A stretch of 63,976 nucleotides of DNA, filler included, from Candidatus Woesearchaeota archaeon (GTDB lineage: Archaea; Nanobdellota; Nanobdellia; Woesearchaeales; CAZJJJ01): the NCBI GenBank assembly GCA_046538795.1. It is 7 parts of 7 records of this genome, joined end to end, with 100 filler letters (N's around TTAATTAATTAA, not from the genome) between each part and the next. Parts side by side here need not be neighbours in the genome. Positions count along the whole stretch, not along the records: positions 34,450 to 40,916 come from JBKHIF010000074.1; positions 41,017 to 47,239 come from JBKHIF010000075.1; positions 47,340 to 53,396 come from JBKHIF010000076.1; 4 more parts are not named here. One strand, written 5' to 3'. Both the position numbers and the translations under genes were made by a program. Positions within the stretch are counted from its first letter, which is position 1; each line of letters starts with the position of its first letter. Below the pieces are notes generated by a model. The model had not been told where the DNA came from and did not search any database. It saw nothing but the letters and a program-made list of their open reading frames with translations. Positions 39,273 to 49,830 of this stretch are shown here, piece after piece.

Positions 39273-40754
39273 ATGGCAGATAAGACTTTTGGTATAACTG
39301 TTAAGAAGGATGAGAATTTTTCAGAGTGGTTTACACAGGTAGTTTCAGAACAGGGTGCAAATCTTGCAGACATCAGATATGGTGTTCAGGGTCATGTTGT
39401 CCATATGCCCTGGACAATGAGGATTGCAAACAAGCTTTACTCAATAATAGAAGATGAAGTTGAAAACGATGATCATGAGCCTATACTATTTCCCACAGTC
39501 ATACCTAAAGCAAATCTAATGAAAGAGAAAGAACATGCAGGCTTTACTCCTGAGGTTTTCTGGGTGACAAAAGCAGGAGACAGGAAGCTTGAAGAGCCTG
39601 AAGCATTAAGACCAACTGGAGAAACTGCATTTTATCCTATGTATTCTTTATGGATCAGAAGCCATAATGATCTTCCGTTCAAGCGTTACCAGTCAAGAAT
39701 AACTGTCTTTAGAAATGAGATGACAACAAGACCTTTTCTTAGAGGAAGGGAATTCATGTTCTTTGAGACACATGATGTTTTTGCAACACACGATGAAGCA
39801 ATGGAACAGATCGCAAAAGACAAAGCGATAATGGATCGTGTAATTACAGAGAAATTAAAAATCCCTTTTGTATTTTTCAAAAGGCCAAAATGGGATGCAT
39901 TCAAGGGAGCTGAAGATTCATACTGTGCAGATTCGCTTCTTCCAAACGGAAGGAGAAATCAGATAAGTTCAACACATGATCTGGGACAGAGGTTTGCAAA
40001 GGCTTATGGAATAAAATTTAAGGATAAGGATATGAAAGAAAAATTTGCTCATCAGACTTGTTTTGGTCCTGGTATCTGGAGAATAATTGCAAGCATCATA
40101 TCTCTTCATGGAGATGATAACGGTCTTGTCCTTCCCATGAAAATAGCACCTGTTCAGGTAATAATAATACCAATCACATTCAGCAAGAAAAAAGAGCTTT
40201 CAGAAAAGGTCATGAGAAAGGCAGACGAACTTGCTAAAAAGCTTTCAAAAAAATATTCTGTGAAAGTTGACAAGTCAAATAATACTCCAGGCTACAAGTT
40301 CAATCAGGCAGAACTTATGGGAATACCTATAAGACTTGAATTAGGACCTAAAGATCTTGAAAAAGAACAGGCAGTAGTTGTCAGAAGAACTTCAAAAGAT
40401 AAAGTTGCTTCATCAATAAAAGATATTGAAAAAATAATTTCAGAACAGGTTGAATTGTTTGAAAAAGATCTTTTGGAAAGGACAAAAAAGAATTACGAGA
40501 CAAACACAAGAAGTGCTGAATCACTCGATGATATTAAAAAGATTATGGACAAGCACAAGGGTTTTGTAATTTCACCTTTCTGCTCAATTGGAAAAGATGG
40601 AGAGCATTGTGCAGATGTCTTAAAGGCTGAAACTAAAGGTGCAAATGTCTGCGGTGTCCCTTTTGGTTCTGAAGAAAAACCTAAATCTGGAATGAAATGT
40701 CCTGTTTGCGGAAAAGAAGCAAAACACATGGTTTGGTTAGCTAAGAGTATTTAA
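39273..40754 (+). CDS. proS: proline--tRNA ligase, archaeal/eukaryotic type
   Basis: NFSEWF, LRPTGET, FRNEMTTRPFLRGREF, HGDDNGLVLP, C-terminal CPVCG. Confidence 0.96.
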   Translation: MADKTFGITVKKDENFSEWFTQVVSEQGANLADIRYGVQGHVVHMPWTMRIANKLYSIIEDEVENDDHEPILFPTVIPKANLMKEKEHAGFTPEVFWVTKAGDRKLEEPEALRPTGETAFYPMYSLWIRSHNDLPFKRYQSRITVFRNEMTTRPFLRGREFMFFETHDVFATHDEAMEQIAKDKAIMDRVITEKLKIPFVFFKRPKWDAFKGAEDSYCADSLLPNGRRNQISSTHDLGQRFAKAYGIKFKDKDMKEKFAHQTCFGPGIWRIIASIISLHGDDNGLVLPMKIAPVQVIIIPITFSKKKELSEKVMRKADELAKKLSKKYSVKVDKSNNTPGYKFNQAELMGIPIRLELGPKDLEKEQAVVVRRTSKDKVASSIKDIEKIISEQVELFEKDLLERTKKNYETNTRSAESLDDIKKIMDKHKGFVISPFCSIGKDGEHCADVLKAETKGANVCGVPFGSEEKPKSGMKCPVCGKEAKHMVWLAKSI

Positions 40755-40916
40755 TTTTTGAAAACTAAAACGTAAATATGATTTATCTTACCTCTATCTC
40801 CTTTTTGATATTTTTTTTATCTCTTACCCAAATAATTTCACGTTCAAAAGAATATTTTTCTTTAAGATTATTCGCTAAATCCCAAGCTAAAGGATAGTAT
40901 TTGTTTTTAATATATA

Positions 40917-41016
40917 NNNNNNNNNNNNNNNNNNNNNNNNNNNNNNNNNNNNNNNNNNNNTTAATTAATTAANNNNNNNNNNNNNNNNNNNNNNNNNNNN
41001 NNNNNNNNNNNNNNNN
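40917..41016. other. artificial contig linker
   Basis: N44-TTAATTAATTAA-N44. Confidence 0.98.
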
Positions 41017-41067
41017 GTTCTTTCTGGGTTAGGTCATGTCTTGCCCTGAATTCTTTAATCCTTGTTT

Positions 41068-41400
41068 TCACTTACCTATCCCCCTTTCCAGAACCATGAA
41101 TGATATTACAAATGTAAGTATCACAGCCATAAATATTCCTGCGATAAAAAGGCCTATTAATACCAAACCTGATCTCATAGAAAGTGCAGTTATCAAAAGG
41201 CTTAAACCTGCCAATGCTACGACAAAGGCATTAAAGCCTGCCTTGTATGTATTTTCTGCAAGTCTTTCGTCCGGTCTTTCAGACATTGCAAAAAATGAAA
41301 AAAAACCAAAAAATCCGAAAAAGCCAGAGTTTTGCGTATATATTCCAAGCAAGCCCAGAAAACCCAATAATCCAAGGTATCTTAAATTTTTAACTTTCAT
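41068..41400 (-). CDS. DUF3796-like small membrane protein
   Basis: YLGLLGFLGLLG...GFFGFFGFF...PDERL pattern. Confidence 0.75.
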   Translation of the reverse strand: MKVKNLRYLGLLGFLGLLGIYTQNSGFFGFFGFFSFFAMSERPDERLAENTYKAGFNAFVVALAGLSLLITALSMRSGLVLIGLFIAGIFMAVILTFVISFMVLERGIGK

Positions 41401-41700
41401 TCTATGTCACCTGTTTTCCAAAATAGTTTCTGAAAAATTATTATCGAAGCAACCATAACCAAATATAGTATCAAAACCATTTTTTTGTAAGTTCATCTTT
41501 TTCTCACAGTCCTTTTTTCTCTAAGACAATGTTTGATATAGTCTTTACGATCATAAATATCACCTGTTATTTCTATCAAACTTTTTGATAAATATACATA
41601 ACTAAAAGTTATTTATTTCTAATATCCATTTAAATTTTTTGTTTTGGAAGATATAATTACTATGAAAAAAACAGATTCATAAATCACAAATAGAAATCAT

Positions 41701-42048
41701 CTAACAGCAATAAAGATCTTTAGGCAATTTTCCTTTTTCTACCTTGCCATACGGATTGCCATGCTCCCTTACGTTTTTTATCATCTTTTTCACAGATTCA
41801 GGAACTTTTCCTTTTTCAGCAAGCTTTTCCCTTTCTTTTCTAATTTCAGAATCAAGCTCAACATCAGATGCGCAAAGAACATGACACGCACCACACAATG
41901 TGCATTCATAGAATACTGTATCTTCTTTTTTGTGTTTCTTTAGTATTGCTTTTCCTCTTGGTGAATCTATCTCTGTCTTTTTTACAGAAAAGACAGGGCA
42001 GTTCGCCTTGCACATTCCACACAATGAACATTTTTCAACTGTTGCCAT
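41701..42048 (-). CDS. 4Fe-4S dicluster protein (GlpC/GlcF N-terminal module)
   Basis: CSLCGMCKANCP, SPRG, CTLCGAC...C. Confidence 0.88.
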   Translation of the reverse strand: MATVEKCSLCGMCKANCPVFSVKKTEIDSPRGKAILKKHKKEDTVFYECTLCGACHVLCASDVELDSEIRKEREKLAEKGKVPESVKKMIKNVREHGNPYGKVEKGKLPKDLYCC

Positions 42049-42054
42049 TTTATA

Positions 42055-43257
42055 TTACCATGAACTAATCATCTTTCCGGGATTCATTATATTTTTAGGA
42101 TCATATTTTTGCTTCAAAAGCATTATCTTATTTTTTTCTGTTTTATCAAGATATTTCTTCTTGAGAATTCCTATACCGTGCTCTCCAGAAACATTTCCGC
42201 CAAGCTTTTTCGTGATATTAAGCATCTTATCTATGAGCCTTTTTTGCTCTGAACTGAAATGAAGATGCATGATCCCAACACCAAGATGACCGAAACTTGG
42301 AATCTCGTTCATTTCGATCCATTCGATAAATTCAGGAAGCTTCTCTTCTGGTATATATGGATCTTCTATAATGTCAAGCCTTTTTTCTCCATATACTGTT
42401 CTTAAGGATTCCCGCATCTCCCAGATTGCTTTTATCTTTTCTTCTTCTTTTATGTCTCCTGACATATCATCATATTCAACAATTAGATGATACTTGTTTT
42501 CAAGTTTTAAAAAGGATGATGATTTCTTATCAACAAACTCTATAGCTGTTATATTAGGCTTTTCTTTAAGTTCTGGAAGAACATTCTTGAGTTCTTCAAG
42601 GTTATCTAGCGTATATACAGTCAATGAACGTTCTTTAGGAAGATTCTTCAGTTCAAGCTTTATTTTTGTTATGAAGCCAATTGTTCCTTCTGTTCCAAAT
42701 ATGCTTGCATCTTTTATAGTGTGGGTCTTTCCCTGACCATCGAGAAGTTCTACCTCAAGAACATTGTCAGAGGTTTTTCCATATTTTATGGCTTTTGAAC
42801 CTGCTGCATTTGTTGCAACCATGCCTCCTATAGTACAAACATTATGAGATGAAGGTATAACCGGAAAAAAAAGATCGAAATTTTTCAGATAATTGTTCAG
42901 CTTTTCAAGGATCACTCCCGGCTCTACAGTTATTGTCTTGTTTTTCCTGTCAAAGTCAAAGATTTTTGTCATCCTTGAAAAATCAACAACAATGCCATCT
43001 TCAGGAACTGCACTTCCAACAAGATCTGTGCCAGAACCTCTTGGAACTAATGCCTGTTTCTGTTTTGTAGCAAGTATTATCAATCTTCTTAATTGCTCAA
43101 TCTGTTTAGGAAAAACTACATATTTGGCATTCCCTGCAATCTGTGATGCATCTGTATAATAAGTGAGAAGTGCATTTGGTTCAGATATAAGATCGTCTCC
43201 TTCAAAGATATGTCCCAGATTTTTTTCCAGTATGCCAAATGTCTCTTTTGATTCCAT
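42055..43257 (-). CDS. FAD-linked oxidoreductase, GlcD/D-lactate dehydrogenase family
   Basis: PRGSGT, TIGGMVATNAAG, GTEGTIG, GHLGVG, SGEHGIG, DPKNIMNPGK. Confidence 0.9.
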   Translation of the reverse strand: MESKETFGILEKNLGHIFEGDDLISEPNALLTYYTDASQIAGNAKYVVFPKQIEQLRRLIILATKQKQALVPRGSGTDLVGSAVPEDGIVVDFSRMTKIFDFDRKNKTITVEPGVILEKLNNYLKNFDLFFPVIPSSHNVCTIGGMVATNAAGSKAIKYGKTSDNVLEVELLDGQGKTHTIKDASIFGTEGTIGFITKIKLELKNLPKERSLTVYTLDNLEELKNVLPELKEKPNITAIEFVDKKSSSFLKLENKYHLIVEYDDMSGDIKEEEKIKAIWEMRESLRTVYGEKRLDIIEDPYIPEEKLPEFIEWIEMNEIPSFGHLGVGIMHLHFSSEQKRLIDKMLNITKKLGGNVSGEHGIGILKKKYLDKTEKNKIMLLKQKYDPKNIMNPGKMISSW

Positions 43258-43262
43258 TTTTA

Positions 43263-43970
43263 CTATTCTTTTATCTTGTTCAATATTACTTCGCTTAATT
43301 CATAGACTTTTATTCCCGATGGAGCATTTTCCTTAAGCTGCATATAACATAAAGGACAGCTTGTTACAACCTTTTTTGTCTTTATTGTCTTGAACCATTT
43401 TTCTGCAATCTTATTTGAAAGCTCAGGATTGTTTGTCTTAAGCCCCCCTCCTGCACCGCAGCACAATGAATGCTCTCTGGTATTATCAAGTTCAACAATA
43501 TTGAATCCTAAATGTCTTAAAATTTCTCTGGGAGGGTCATAGATACCTGATTTTCTTCCCAGATGGCATGGCTCTTTATAGGTTATATCACCTTTTTGGA
43601 AATTTCCTTTTATCTTATTTAGCTTTTTAGCAATTGCCTGTGTAGCATGGATTGCAGTTATGCCTTCGTATTTTCCAAATTCATGAAAACAGGAAGGACA
43701 ATTTGTAATGATTTTTTTTATGCCGTATTTTTTGAAAAGTTCAGCATTCTTATCCTTAAGATTCTGCCAGTCTTCTTTGTATCCTGCATTAGAAACAGGC
43801 TTTCCACAGCAATAGAATTCAGGAACATGAATAAAGTCAAGAGATATGTTATTTAAAATCCGTATATAGTTATCCTCAATATTAGGAGATGCAAATTTAG
43901 TGAGACAGCCTGGATAATATAAAGTATTTCCAAAACTGAACAGTTCCTTGATATTTCCAATAAATCCCAT
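43263..43970 (-). CDS. CCG-domain Fe-S oxidoreductase subunit (GlcF/HdrB-like)
   Basis: YYPGC, CCG, CPSC, PCHLGR, CCGAGGG, CPLC. Confidence 0.9.
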   Translation of the reverse strand: MGFIGNIKELFSFGNTLYYPGCLTKFASPNIEDNYIRILNNISLDFIHVPEFYCCGKPVSNAGYKEDWQNLKDKNAELFKKYGIKKIITNCPSCFHEFGKYEGITAIHATQAIAKKLNKIKGNFQKGDITYKEPCHLGRKSGIYDPPREILRHLGFNIVELDNTREHSLCCGAGGGLKTNNPELSNKIAEKWFKTIKTKKVVTSCPLCYMQLKENAPSGIKVYELSEVILNKIKE

Positions 43971-44052
43971 TTGAATCAGAAGAAGGATACTTGTTTATTT
44001 TAAAAAACTTTAGTTTCGATAAAATGAGAAAAAAAAATATTAAAAATCCAAA

Positions 44053-44907
44053 TTACTGGGTTATGCTTGCGCTTGCGCTTGCGCTTCCTGATAGCTCAAG
44101 CTTTTCTTCTACTGGAGATGAATTTTCCCACGTCTTATTGAAAAGCTCAATTAGCGCACTTGAAAAGAAATCAGTATTTACCCATACTGCACTGTCATAC
44201 TTTGAATTAATATTCTGATCATCCATAAGCATGAACGTAAGCTCCTTTTGATCAACTATGCTGAATCTGCCTTTTATATTATCATAATGCCTTATTTCAG
44301 CGACCTCATTCAACGAAAGAACAGCATCTTTAACATCCTGATTAACAGGAGCAATTATCTTTATGACAATGCCTTTTCTTTTTGCTTTTTCAAAAGCCTT
44401 TTTGAGTGTTTCAGCTTTTCTCTTAAGCCCTTCTTCTGTGGTCATTATAAACACGCTTTTTTCAGCGCCTTTAATAGATGCAGAAAGATGATCATATATA
44501 TTTGCTCTTCCCTTGATGCTTCCTGTAAGCTCATTAGGATCAATAGTCTCTATCCCTTGAGTATGGAGAACTTTTAGCTCTTCAAATGCTTCGCTATCTT
44601 TTATTTTTTCGATTATATTGCGCTGAGTTGTAGCATCTTCTTGGATCTTTCTCTTTACTCTTTCAAGAACCTCTGAAGGTTTTACTGCTACATATCTTAT
44701 AGGCTTTCCAAGTTTCATCATGATAAAGCCTTTCTTTTCAAGAGATTCAAGAACATCATAACTTCTTGATCTTGGAACATTAGCTATGTCAGATAACTCG
44801 CCTGCTGTTGCTACACCCTTAGACAAAAGCGCCATCCAGAGCTTTGCCTCGTATGTATTAAGGCCAAAAGCCTTCAATTGATTTAGTAATTCGTTTTGAA
44901 CAATCAT
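44053..44907 (-). CDS. TrmB-family transcriptional regulator
   Basis: FGLNTYEAKLW...VPRSRSYDVLESLEKKGF HTH plus C-terminal effector domain. Confidence 0.92.
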   Translation of the reverse strand: MIVQNELLNQLKAFGLNTYEAKLWMALLSKGVATAGELSDIANVPRSRSYDVLESLEKKGFIMMKLGKPIRYVAVKPSEVLERVKRKIQEDATTQRNIIEKIKDSEAFEELKVLHTQGIETIDPNELTGSIKGRANIYDHLSASIKGAEKSVFIMTTEEGLKRKAETLKKAFEKAKRKGIVIKIIAPVNQDVKDAVLSLNEVAEIRHYDNIKGRFSIVDQKELTFMLMDDQNINSKYDSAVWVNTDFFSSALIELFNKTWENSSPVEEKLELSGSASASASITQ

Positions 44908-44999
44908 TTGAATTCATCCTCATAAAACAACCAATTTTCAAGAGAATGAAGAGTTTATATTTAAATATTGTGATTTTTGCTATTGGTTAGTGGCACCAA

Positions 45000-45875
45000 T
45001 CAGAAAAATGCAGGTGTCACATATACTTCTAAAATTCCTGAAATAAATACAAGAATGATTGCTATTATTATCAGATCTGCAGAATCAATTATTATCTTAT
45101 GATATTTTTTGCTTCTGAAATCGTGTTTTATGGCAGCTACAGAGATTATCCCTCCTGCAAGTCCTGCTACAAAATAAGACAGAATTTCAGGGATGCCATG
45201 AATAGCATATCTTAATAGGCCATATGTTATAACGTGAAAATACTGAACTGCCTTTTCAAAACCAATAAGCATAGCTGCTTTTTCAAAACCTGATTTTATT
45301 ATTGTTCCTATGGCAGTACCTATTACTGAAGCATTCCATGTAAGTATGAATATTGCTCCAAATCCGAAAAGAAAAGAGAATAATAGGCAGAAAAACAAAA
45401 CAACCAGGTTATTCATGACAATTCTTTGAAAGATATCCAGTCTTGAAACAAGATTTCCTGTAACTGATTCTATGACTCTTCCGGTTGCATTTGAATTAAT
45501 TGCGTTTATTGTCGATATTTGCGTATTGAACACATGACCTGCAGTTTCCTGTGGAAGGACTACATACCAGATTGCAAATGCTAAGACCATGCCAAAAAAC
45601 ACAAGCATGAATTTTGTAAGGGTCTTTGCATGTTCTTTAAGAATCGATGATTCTTCTTCTAATTCCATATCTTCTTCTTCTTCATGTTTTATAGATGCAA
45701 ATACATATGGAAGAACAGAAAGTACAGTAAAAAACACCATAACCATGCTCGCTTCAGAACGAAAAACAAATATGCTCAATCCTATGGCCAAAGATGTATA
45801 AATAAGACCAATAAAAAAAAGAACATTGTAGTTCTTATTGACAAGTTTAGGATTGAATAGCGATTCAATGATCAT
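45000..45875 (-). CDS. SpoIIM/DUF95-like membrane protein
   Basis: NNLVV, ILTWNASVIG, HGIPEI, LEVYVTP. Confidence 0.85.
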   Translation of the reverse strand: MIIESLFNPKLVNKNYNVLFFIGLIYTSLAIGLSIFVFRSEASMVMVFFTVLSVLPYVFASIKHEEEEDMELEEESSILKEHAKTLTKFMLVFFGMVLAFAIWYVVLPQETAGHVFNTQISTINAINSNATGRVIESVTGNLVSRLDIFQRIVMNNLVVLFFCLLFSFLFGFGAIFILTWNASVIGTAIGTIIKSGFEKAAMLIGFEKAVQYFHVITYGLLRYAIHGIPEILSYFVAGLAGGIISVAAIKHDFRSKKYHKIIIDSADLIIIAIILVFISGILEVYVTPAFF

Positions 45876-45929
45876 AGATTTATTTTTGGTTTAAGAGTTT
45901 TATAAATATTTCTAAAAATTGAATTTCTA

Positions 45930-45956
45930 AGAAAGTAAGTGGGCTCTAGGGGATTC
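45930..45956 (-). repeat. 27-bp direct repeat of the tRNA-Lys 3' end plus trailer (att-like)
   Basis: AGAAAGTAAGTGGGCTCTAGGGGATTC identical to 46044-46070. Confidence 0.9.
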
Positions 45957-46053
45957 CCACAAAACTTTTACTAAAGTTTTATCAAAAGTATGCATGGGGG
46001 ACATTCTGAAAAGAAGTCCCACGAGATTGTTGTATAGGTTTTTAGAAAGTAAG

Positions 46054-46144
46054 TGGGCTCTAGGGGATTCGAACCCCTGACCTATTGGTTTCTGCTAGTA
46101 AACTATTAAGAGCCAATTGTTCTACCTAGCTAAACTAAGAGCCC
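46054..46144 (-). tRNA. tRNA-Lys(CTT) with 17-nt intron at 37/38 (46090-46106)
   Basis: GGGCTCT/AGAGCCC acceptor, ATTGG-CTCTTA|A-CCAAT, AGGGGTTCGAATCCCCT. Confidence 0.93.
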
Positions 46145-46210
46145 ATTTGAGGGAAAAAATTAGAGTCTTTTTATATATCTTTCGATATGAATAGAGCTTT
46201 TATCGAGAAT

Positions 46211-47239
46211 TCATGCATTACTTCCTGCTTTCTTTCCTTTCAACAAATACTTCAGCAAGAACGAACTTAAGACAACTGAAATCAGCATTGTAAGGACCAA
46301 TGTTGTTCCAAATAAGGATGAGACTTCAGGAGACAATATTCCAACATTAAGAGCTATTGCAATTACAATTAAATTATCCGCTCCTTTTGCAGTCATTCCT
46401 GATGCATAGATCAATGATTCTTTGAACTTGGCTTTCTGCATAAGACTTGCAATTATTATGAAAACAAATTTTGATACGATGACAACACCTGCAATCAGAA
46501 GCGATACAGGAAGATGTTCTCCTAATTGCTTAAGATCTATTGAAAGGACGATCCATGCAAAAAATACTGGTATAAATAAACTATATGATATTGATTTAAC
46601 TGTTGATGAAAAATGATCTGTCTCAAGATCTCTTGACTGCTGCAGGATAAGACCTGCAAAATATGCACCAAGAACAGATGCAAGCTTTAATTCTTCTGCT
46701 AAGAACGCCAGGAAAAATATGGATATGAACGCTGTACTAATATCCATCAACTCTGTCTTAAAATTAAGGACCTTATGTATTACCTTAGGAAGATATTTTG
46801 CAGCAAAAATAAGTATTATGAAAAAAAGGACAATCTGGAAAAAAGTTAGTATTGCATCTGAAAATGAGTTTGATGTAAGAAAGGTTATTCCAAAAGCCAA
46901 AAGCACTATTCCAATCACAGTATCAACAACAGCGATACCTAAAAGGGTTTCTCCTTTCTCTGATTTTATGTGCCCTGTTGCAAGAAGAGATTTTGCGCTT
47001 ACTGCAACATCTGTAAGGCCAAATATAAACATGAAAAATATTGATTGTCCAACAGTATAACCAAGAAAGAATTTTGAGAAAACAAATAATGTAAATAATG
47101 TCAGACCGAGCCCTGTTATGGATATTATGGATATTCTTTTTCTTTTTTTGATAAGAAATCCTATATCAGTCTCTTCATAACCTGCAAGAAACATAAGAAG
47201 TATGACTCCCATAAAAGCAAAACTCTGCACACTCCCTGG
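46211..47239 (-). CDS. CPA2-family cation:proton antiporter (5' truncated)
   Basis: LMFLAGYE, TDVAV, AVVD, LGAYFAGL, FIPVFF. Confidence 0.85.
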   Translation of the reverse strand, partial: PGSVQSFAFMGVILLMFLAGYEETDIGFLIKKRKRISIISITGLGLTLFTLFVFSKFFLGYTVGQSIFFMFIFGLTDVAVSAKSLLATGHIKSEKGETLLGIAVVDTVIGIVLLAFGITFLTSNSFSDAILTFFQIVLFFIILIFAAKYLPKVIHKVLNFKTELMDISTAFISIFFLAFLAEELKLASVLGAYFAGLILQQSRDLETDHFSSTVKSISYSLFIPVFFAWIVLSIDLKQLGEHLPVSLLIAGVVIVSKFVFIIIASLMQKAKFKESLIYASGMTAKGADNLIVIAIALNVGILSPEVSSLFGTTLVLTMLISVVLSSFLLKYLLKGKKAGSNA

Positions 47240-47339
47240 NNNNNNNNNNNNNNNNNNNNNNNNNNNNNNNNNNNNNNNNNNNNTTAATTAATTAANNNNN
47301 NNNNNNNNNNNNNNNNNNNNNNNNNNNNNNNNNNNNNNN
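47240..47339. other. artificial contig linker
   Basis: N44-TTAATTAATTAA-N44. Confidence 0.98.
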
Positions 47340-47477
47340 ACCGATTAAAAAGTTTAATTAAATTTTTGCAGCAAGTTGAAAGAGCAATATTTGACATTCG
47401 TTCAAAATGTGTTTGCTTCTAAATAACCAGTGTCGTTTAGGAAAAATTATATAAATCAACATAGATTAGAATCAAGA

Positions 47478-48092
47478 ATGGTCTTTTCTTTTGGTGAGAT
47501 CGTGGATATTGTAATCATGACTTTGATACTTGGTTTTATATTCGGAGATATGTTCAAAAGAGGAGATCATAGATTTTCTCATGTCATTAAACAGGATGAT
47601 GCAGACTACAGTCCTGTTGAGGAATTAAGAAAGAAATATGAGAGAGGAGGAGTTAATATGGAGGGTATGCTCTTTGCGATAGCAGTTATCGCTCCTGCAA
47701 TCATACTCCATGAGTTTGGGCATAAATTTGTTGCGATGGCCTTTGGTTTCCAGGCAACTTTCGAGGCAGCATATTTAGGTCTTGCAATAGGTCTTGTGCT
47801 TAAGCTTCTTAATGCACCATTCATTGTTTTTGTACCTGCATTCGTAAGCTATTCAGCGGCAGCATCGCCTCTTCAAAGCAGTGCAATAGCTTTTGCAGGT
47901 CCGCTTGTCAATCTTCTTTTATTTGTTGCAGCGTTCTTTTTACTGAAATATGCAAAAATAGACAAAAAATATGTGCCATTCTTGGTTCTTACCAAAAATA
48001 TCAATCTTTTCCTTTTCGTATTTAATATGATACCTATCGTGCCATTTGATGGAGGGCATGTTTTCGGCGGTCTTTTTAATTTATTTTTCTAA
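47478..48092 (+). CDS. site-2 protease (M50) metalloprotease
   Basis: HEFGH, AGPLVN, FNMIPIVPFDGG. Confidence 0.92.
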   Translation: MVFSFGEIVDIVIMTLILGFIFGDMFKRGDHRFSHVIKQDDADYSPVEELRKKYERGGVNMEGMLFAIAVIAPAIILHEFGHKFVAMAFGFQATFEAAYLGLAIGLVLKLLNAPFIVFVPAFVSYSAAASPLQSSAIAFAGPLVNLLLFVAAFFLLKYAKIDKKYVPFLVLTKNINLFLFVFNMIPIVPFDGGHVFGGLFNLFF

Positions 48093-48183
48093 ATCTTGTT
48101 GAAAATTAATATCTTTTTTATCCCTGATGTTTCAAAACAATAAATAATATAAAGGGGCTTGTTCCCTGATTTTTACTGTTGAA

Positions 48184-49830
48184 ATGATTACGCCTAAAGC
48201 TTCAAAAAAGAAGACAAAATATATTGCAATCACAGGCGGAGTTCTCTCAGGTCTTGGAAAAGGAACAGTTACTGCTTCTATCGGTCTTATCCTAAAAGAA
48301 CAGGGTTATAATGTTAACATGATGAAAATAGACCCTTACATAAATGTGGATGCAGGGACCATGAGACCGACCGAACATGGAGAGGTCTTTGTTACTTATG
48401 ATGGTGGTGAGACTGATCAGGACATAGGAACTTATGAGAGATTTATCGGCAAGAGTTTTTCAAGGGATAATAATATAACGACCGGCCAGGTATATCAGAC
48501 TGTAATCGAAAGAGAACGAAATCTTGAATATAAGGGTCAATGCGTAGAGGTAATTCCCCATATACCAGATGAAGTCAAGAGAAGAATACGTGATTCTTCA
48601 GAAAAAAATGATGCTGACTTTACTCTTATCGAGGTAGGGGGTACAGTTGGAGATTATCAGAATGTACTTTTTCTTGAAGCATTACGAGAAATGAGGCTTG
48701 AACAAGAAGATATAATGTTTATACATGTAGTTTATCTTCCTATACCAGGCAATTTGGGTGAGATGAAGACAAAACCAGCTCAGCATTCAGTCAGATCATT
48801 GAATTCACATGGAATACAGCCTAATTTTATAATAACGAGATCTTCACAGGATCTTGATGATGTGAGGAAAAAAAAGATTTCCATGTTCTGCAACGTATCT
48901 CATGATAATGTGATTTCATCTCCTGACAGGAAATATATTTATGAAGTTCCTCTTGTTTTCAAAGATCAAGGACTAAACAAGAAGATTATCGATTATTTTG
49001 GATTGGAATATAAGAAAAACACTCTTGATGAGCTTTCTTCATTTGTTGAAAGCATAAAAACTCTTGAAAAAAAGGTTACGATAGGTATTGTCGGAAAATA
49101 TTTTGATATAGGCAATTTTGTTCTTGAAGATTCATATATCTCTGTTATAGAGGCCGTGAAGCATGCCTGTTTCAATAATTCAGTAATTCCTGATATAAGG
49201 TGGATAAATTCAAAAGAGTTTGAGAAAGATCATGATTCTGTAAGTTCTCTTGATAAGTATGATGCAGTAATCGTTCCCGGAGGCTTTGGTTCATCTGGTG
49301 TCGAGGGAAAAATATCTGCGATAAAATATTGTAGGGAAAATAAGATACCTTATCTCGGGCTTTGCTATGGAATGCAGCTTGCTGTTGCTGAATATGCAAG
49401 AAATGTGTGCGGGATGGAAGGTGCTATATCTACAGAGATTGACCCTGATACCAAATATCCTATCATAGATATACTTGAAGAGCAGAAAGAAATACTTATG
49501 AACAACAATTACGGAAATACCATGAGACTTGGAGATTATCCTGCAAAACTTTTGGAGGGATCAAAGGTTGAAGGTTTTTATGACAAAAACGAGATCCGTG
49601 AAAGACACAGGCACAGGTATGAAGTAAATCCTGAATATATCTCTGAACTTGAAAAACACGGGCTTGTATTTTCAGGAAAATCTCCTGACAGGAGCCTGAT
49701 GGAATTTATGGAGCTTCCTGATCACCCATTTTTTATCGCAACTCAGGCACATCCTGAATTCAAAACTTCTATAATGAAGCCTGCTCCGCTTTTTGATGGT
49801 CTTATCAAGGCTGCAAAAACAAAGAATTAA
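48184..49830 (+). CDS. pyrG: CTP synthase
   Basis: TGGVLSGLGKG, KIDPYIN, KTKP, PGGFG, GLCYGMQ, ERHRHRYE, QAHPE. Confidence 0.98.
   Translation: MITPKASKKKTKYIAITGGVLSGLGKGTVTASIGLILKEQGYNVNMMKIDPYINVDAGTMRPTEHGEVFVTYDGGETDQDIGTYERFIGKSFSRDNNITTGQVYQTVIERERNLEYKGQCVEVIPHIPDEVKRRIRDSSEKNDADFTLIEVGGTVGDYQNVLFLEALREMRLEQEDIMFIHVVYLPIPGNLGEMKTKPAQHSVRSLNSHGIQPNFIITRSSQDLDDVRKKKISMFCNVSHDNVISSPDRKYIYEVPLVFKDQGLNKKIIDYFGLEYKKNTLDELSSFVESIKTLEKKVTIGIVGKYFDIGNFVLEDSYISVIEAVKHACFNNSVIPDIRWINSKEFEKDHDSVSSLDKYDAVIVPGGFGSSGVEGKISAIKYCRENKIPYLGLCYGMQLAVAEYARNVCGMEGAISTEIDPDTKYPIIDILEEQKEILMNNNYGNTMRLGDYPAKLLEGSKVEGFYDKNEIRERHRHRYEVNPEYISELEKHGLVFSGKSPDRSLMEFMELPDHPFFIATQAHPEFKTSIMKPAPLFDGLIKAAKTKN

Noticed and set aside
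44065..44086. GCTTGC microsatellite as a phase-variation tract
   Set aside because: In-frame 6-nt unit encoding SASASAS at the extreme C-terminus of TrmB; slippage would not shift the frame
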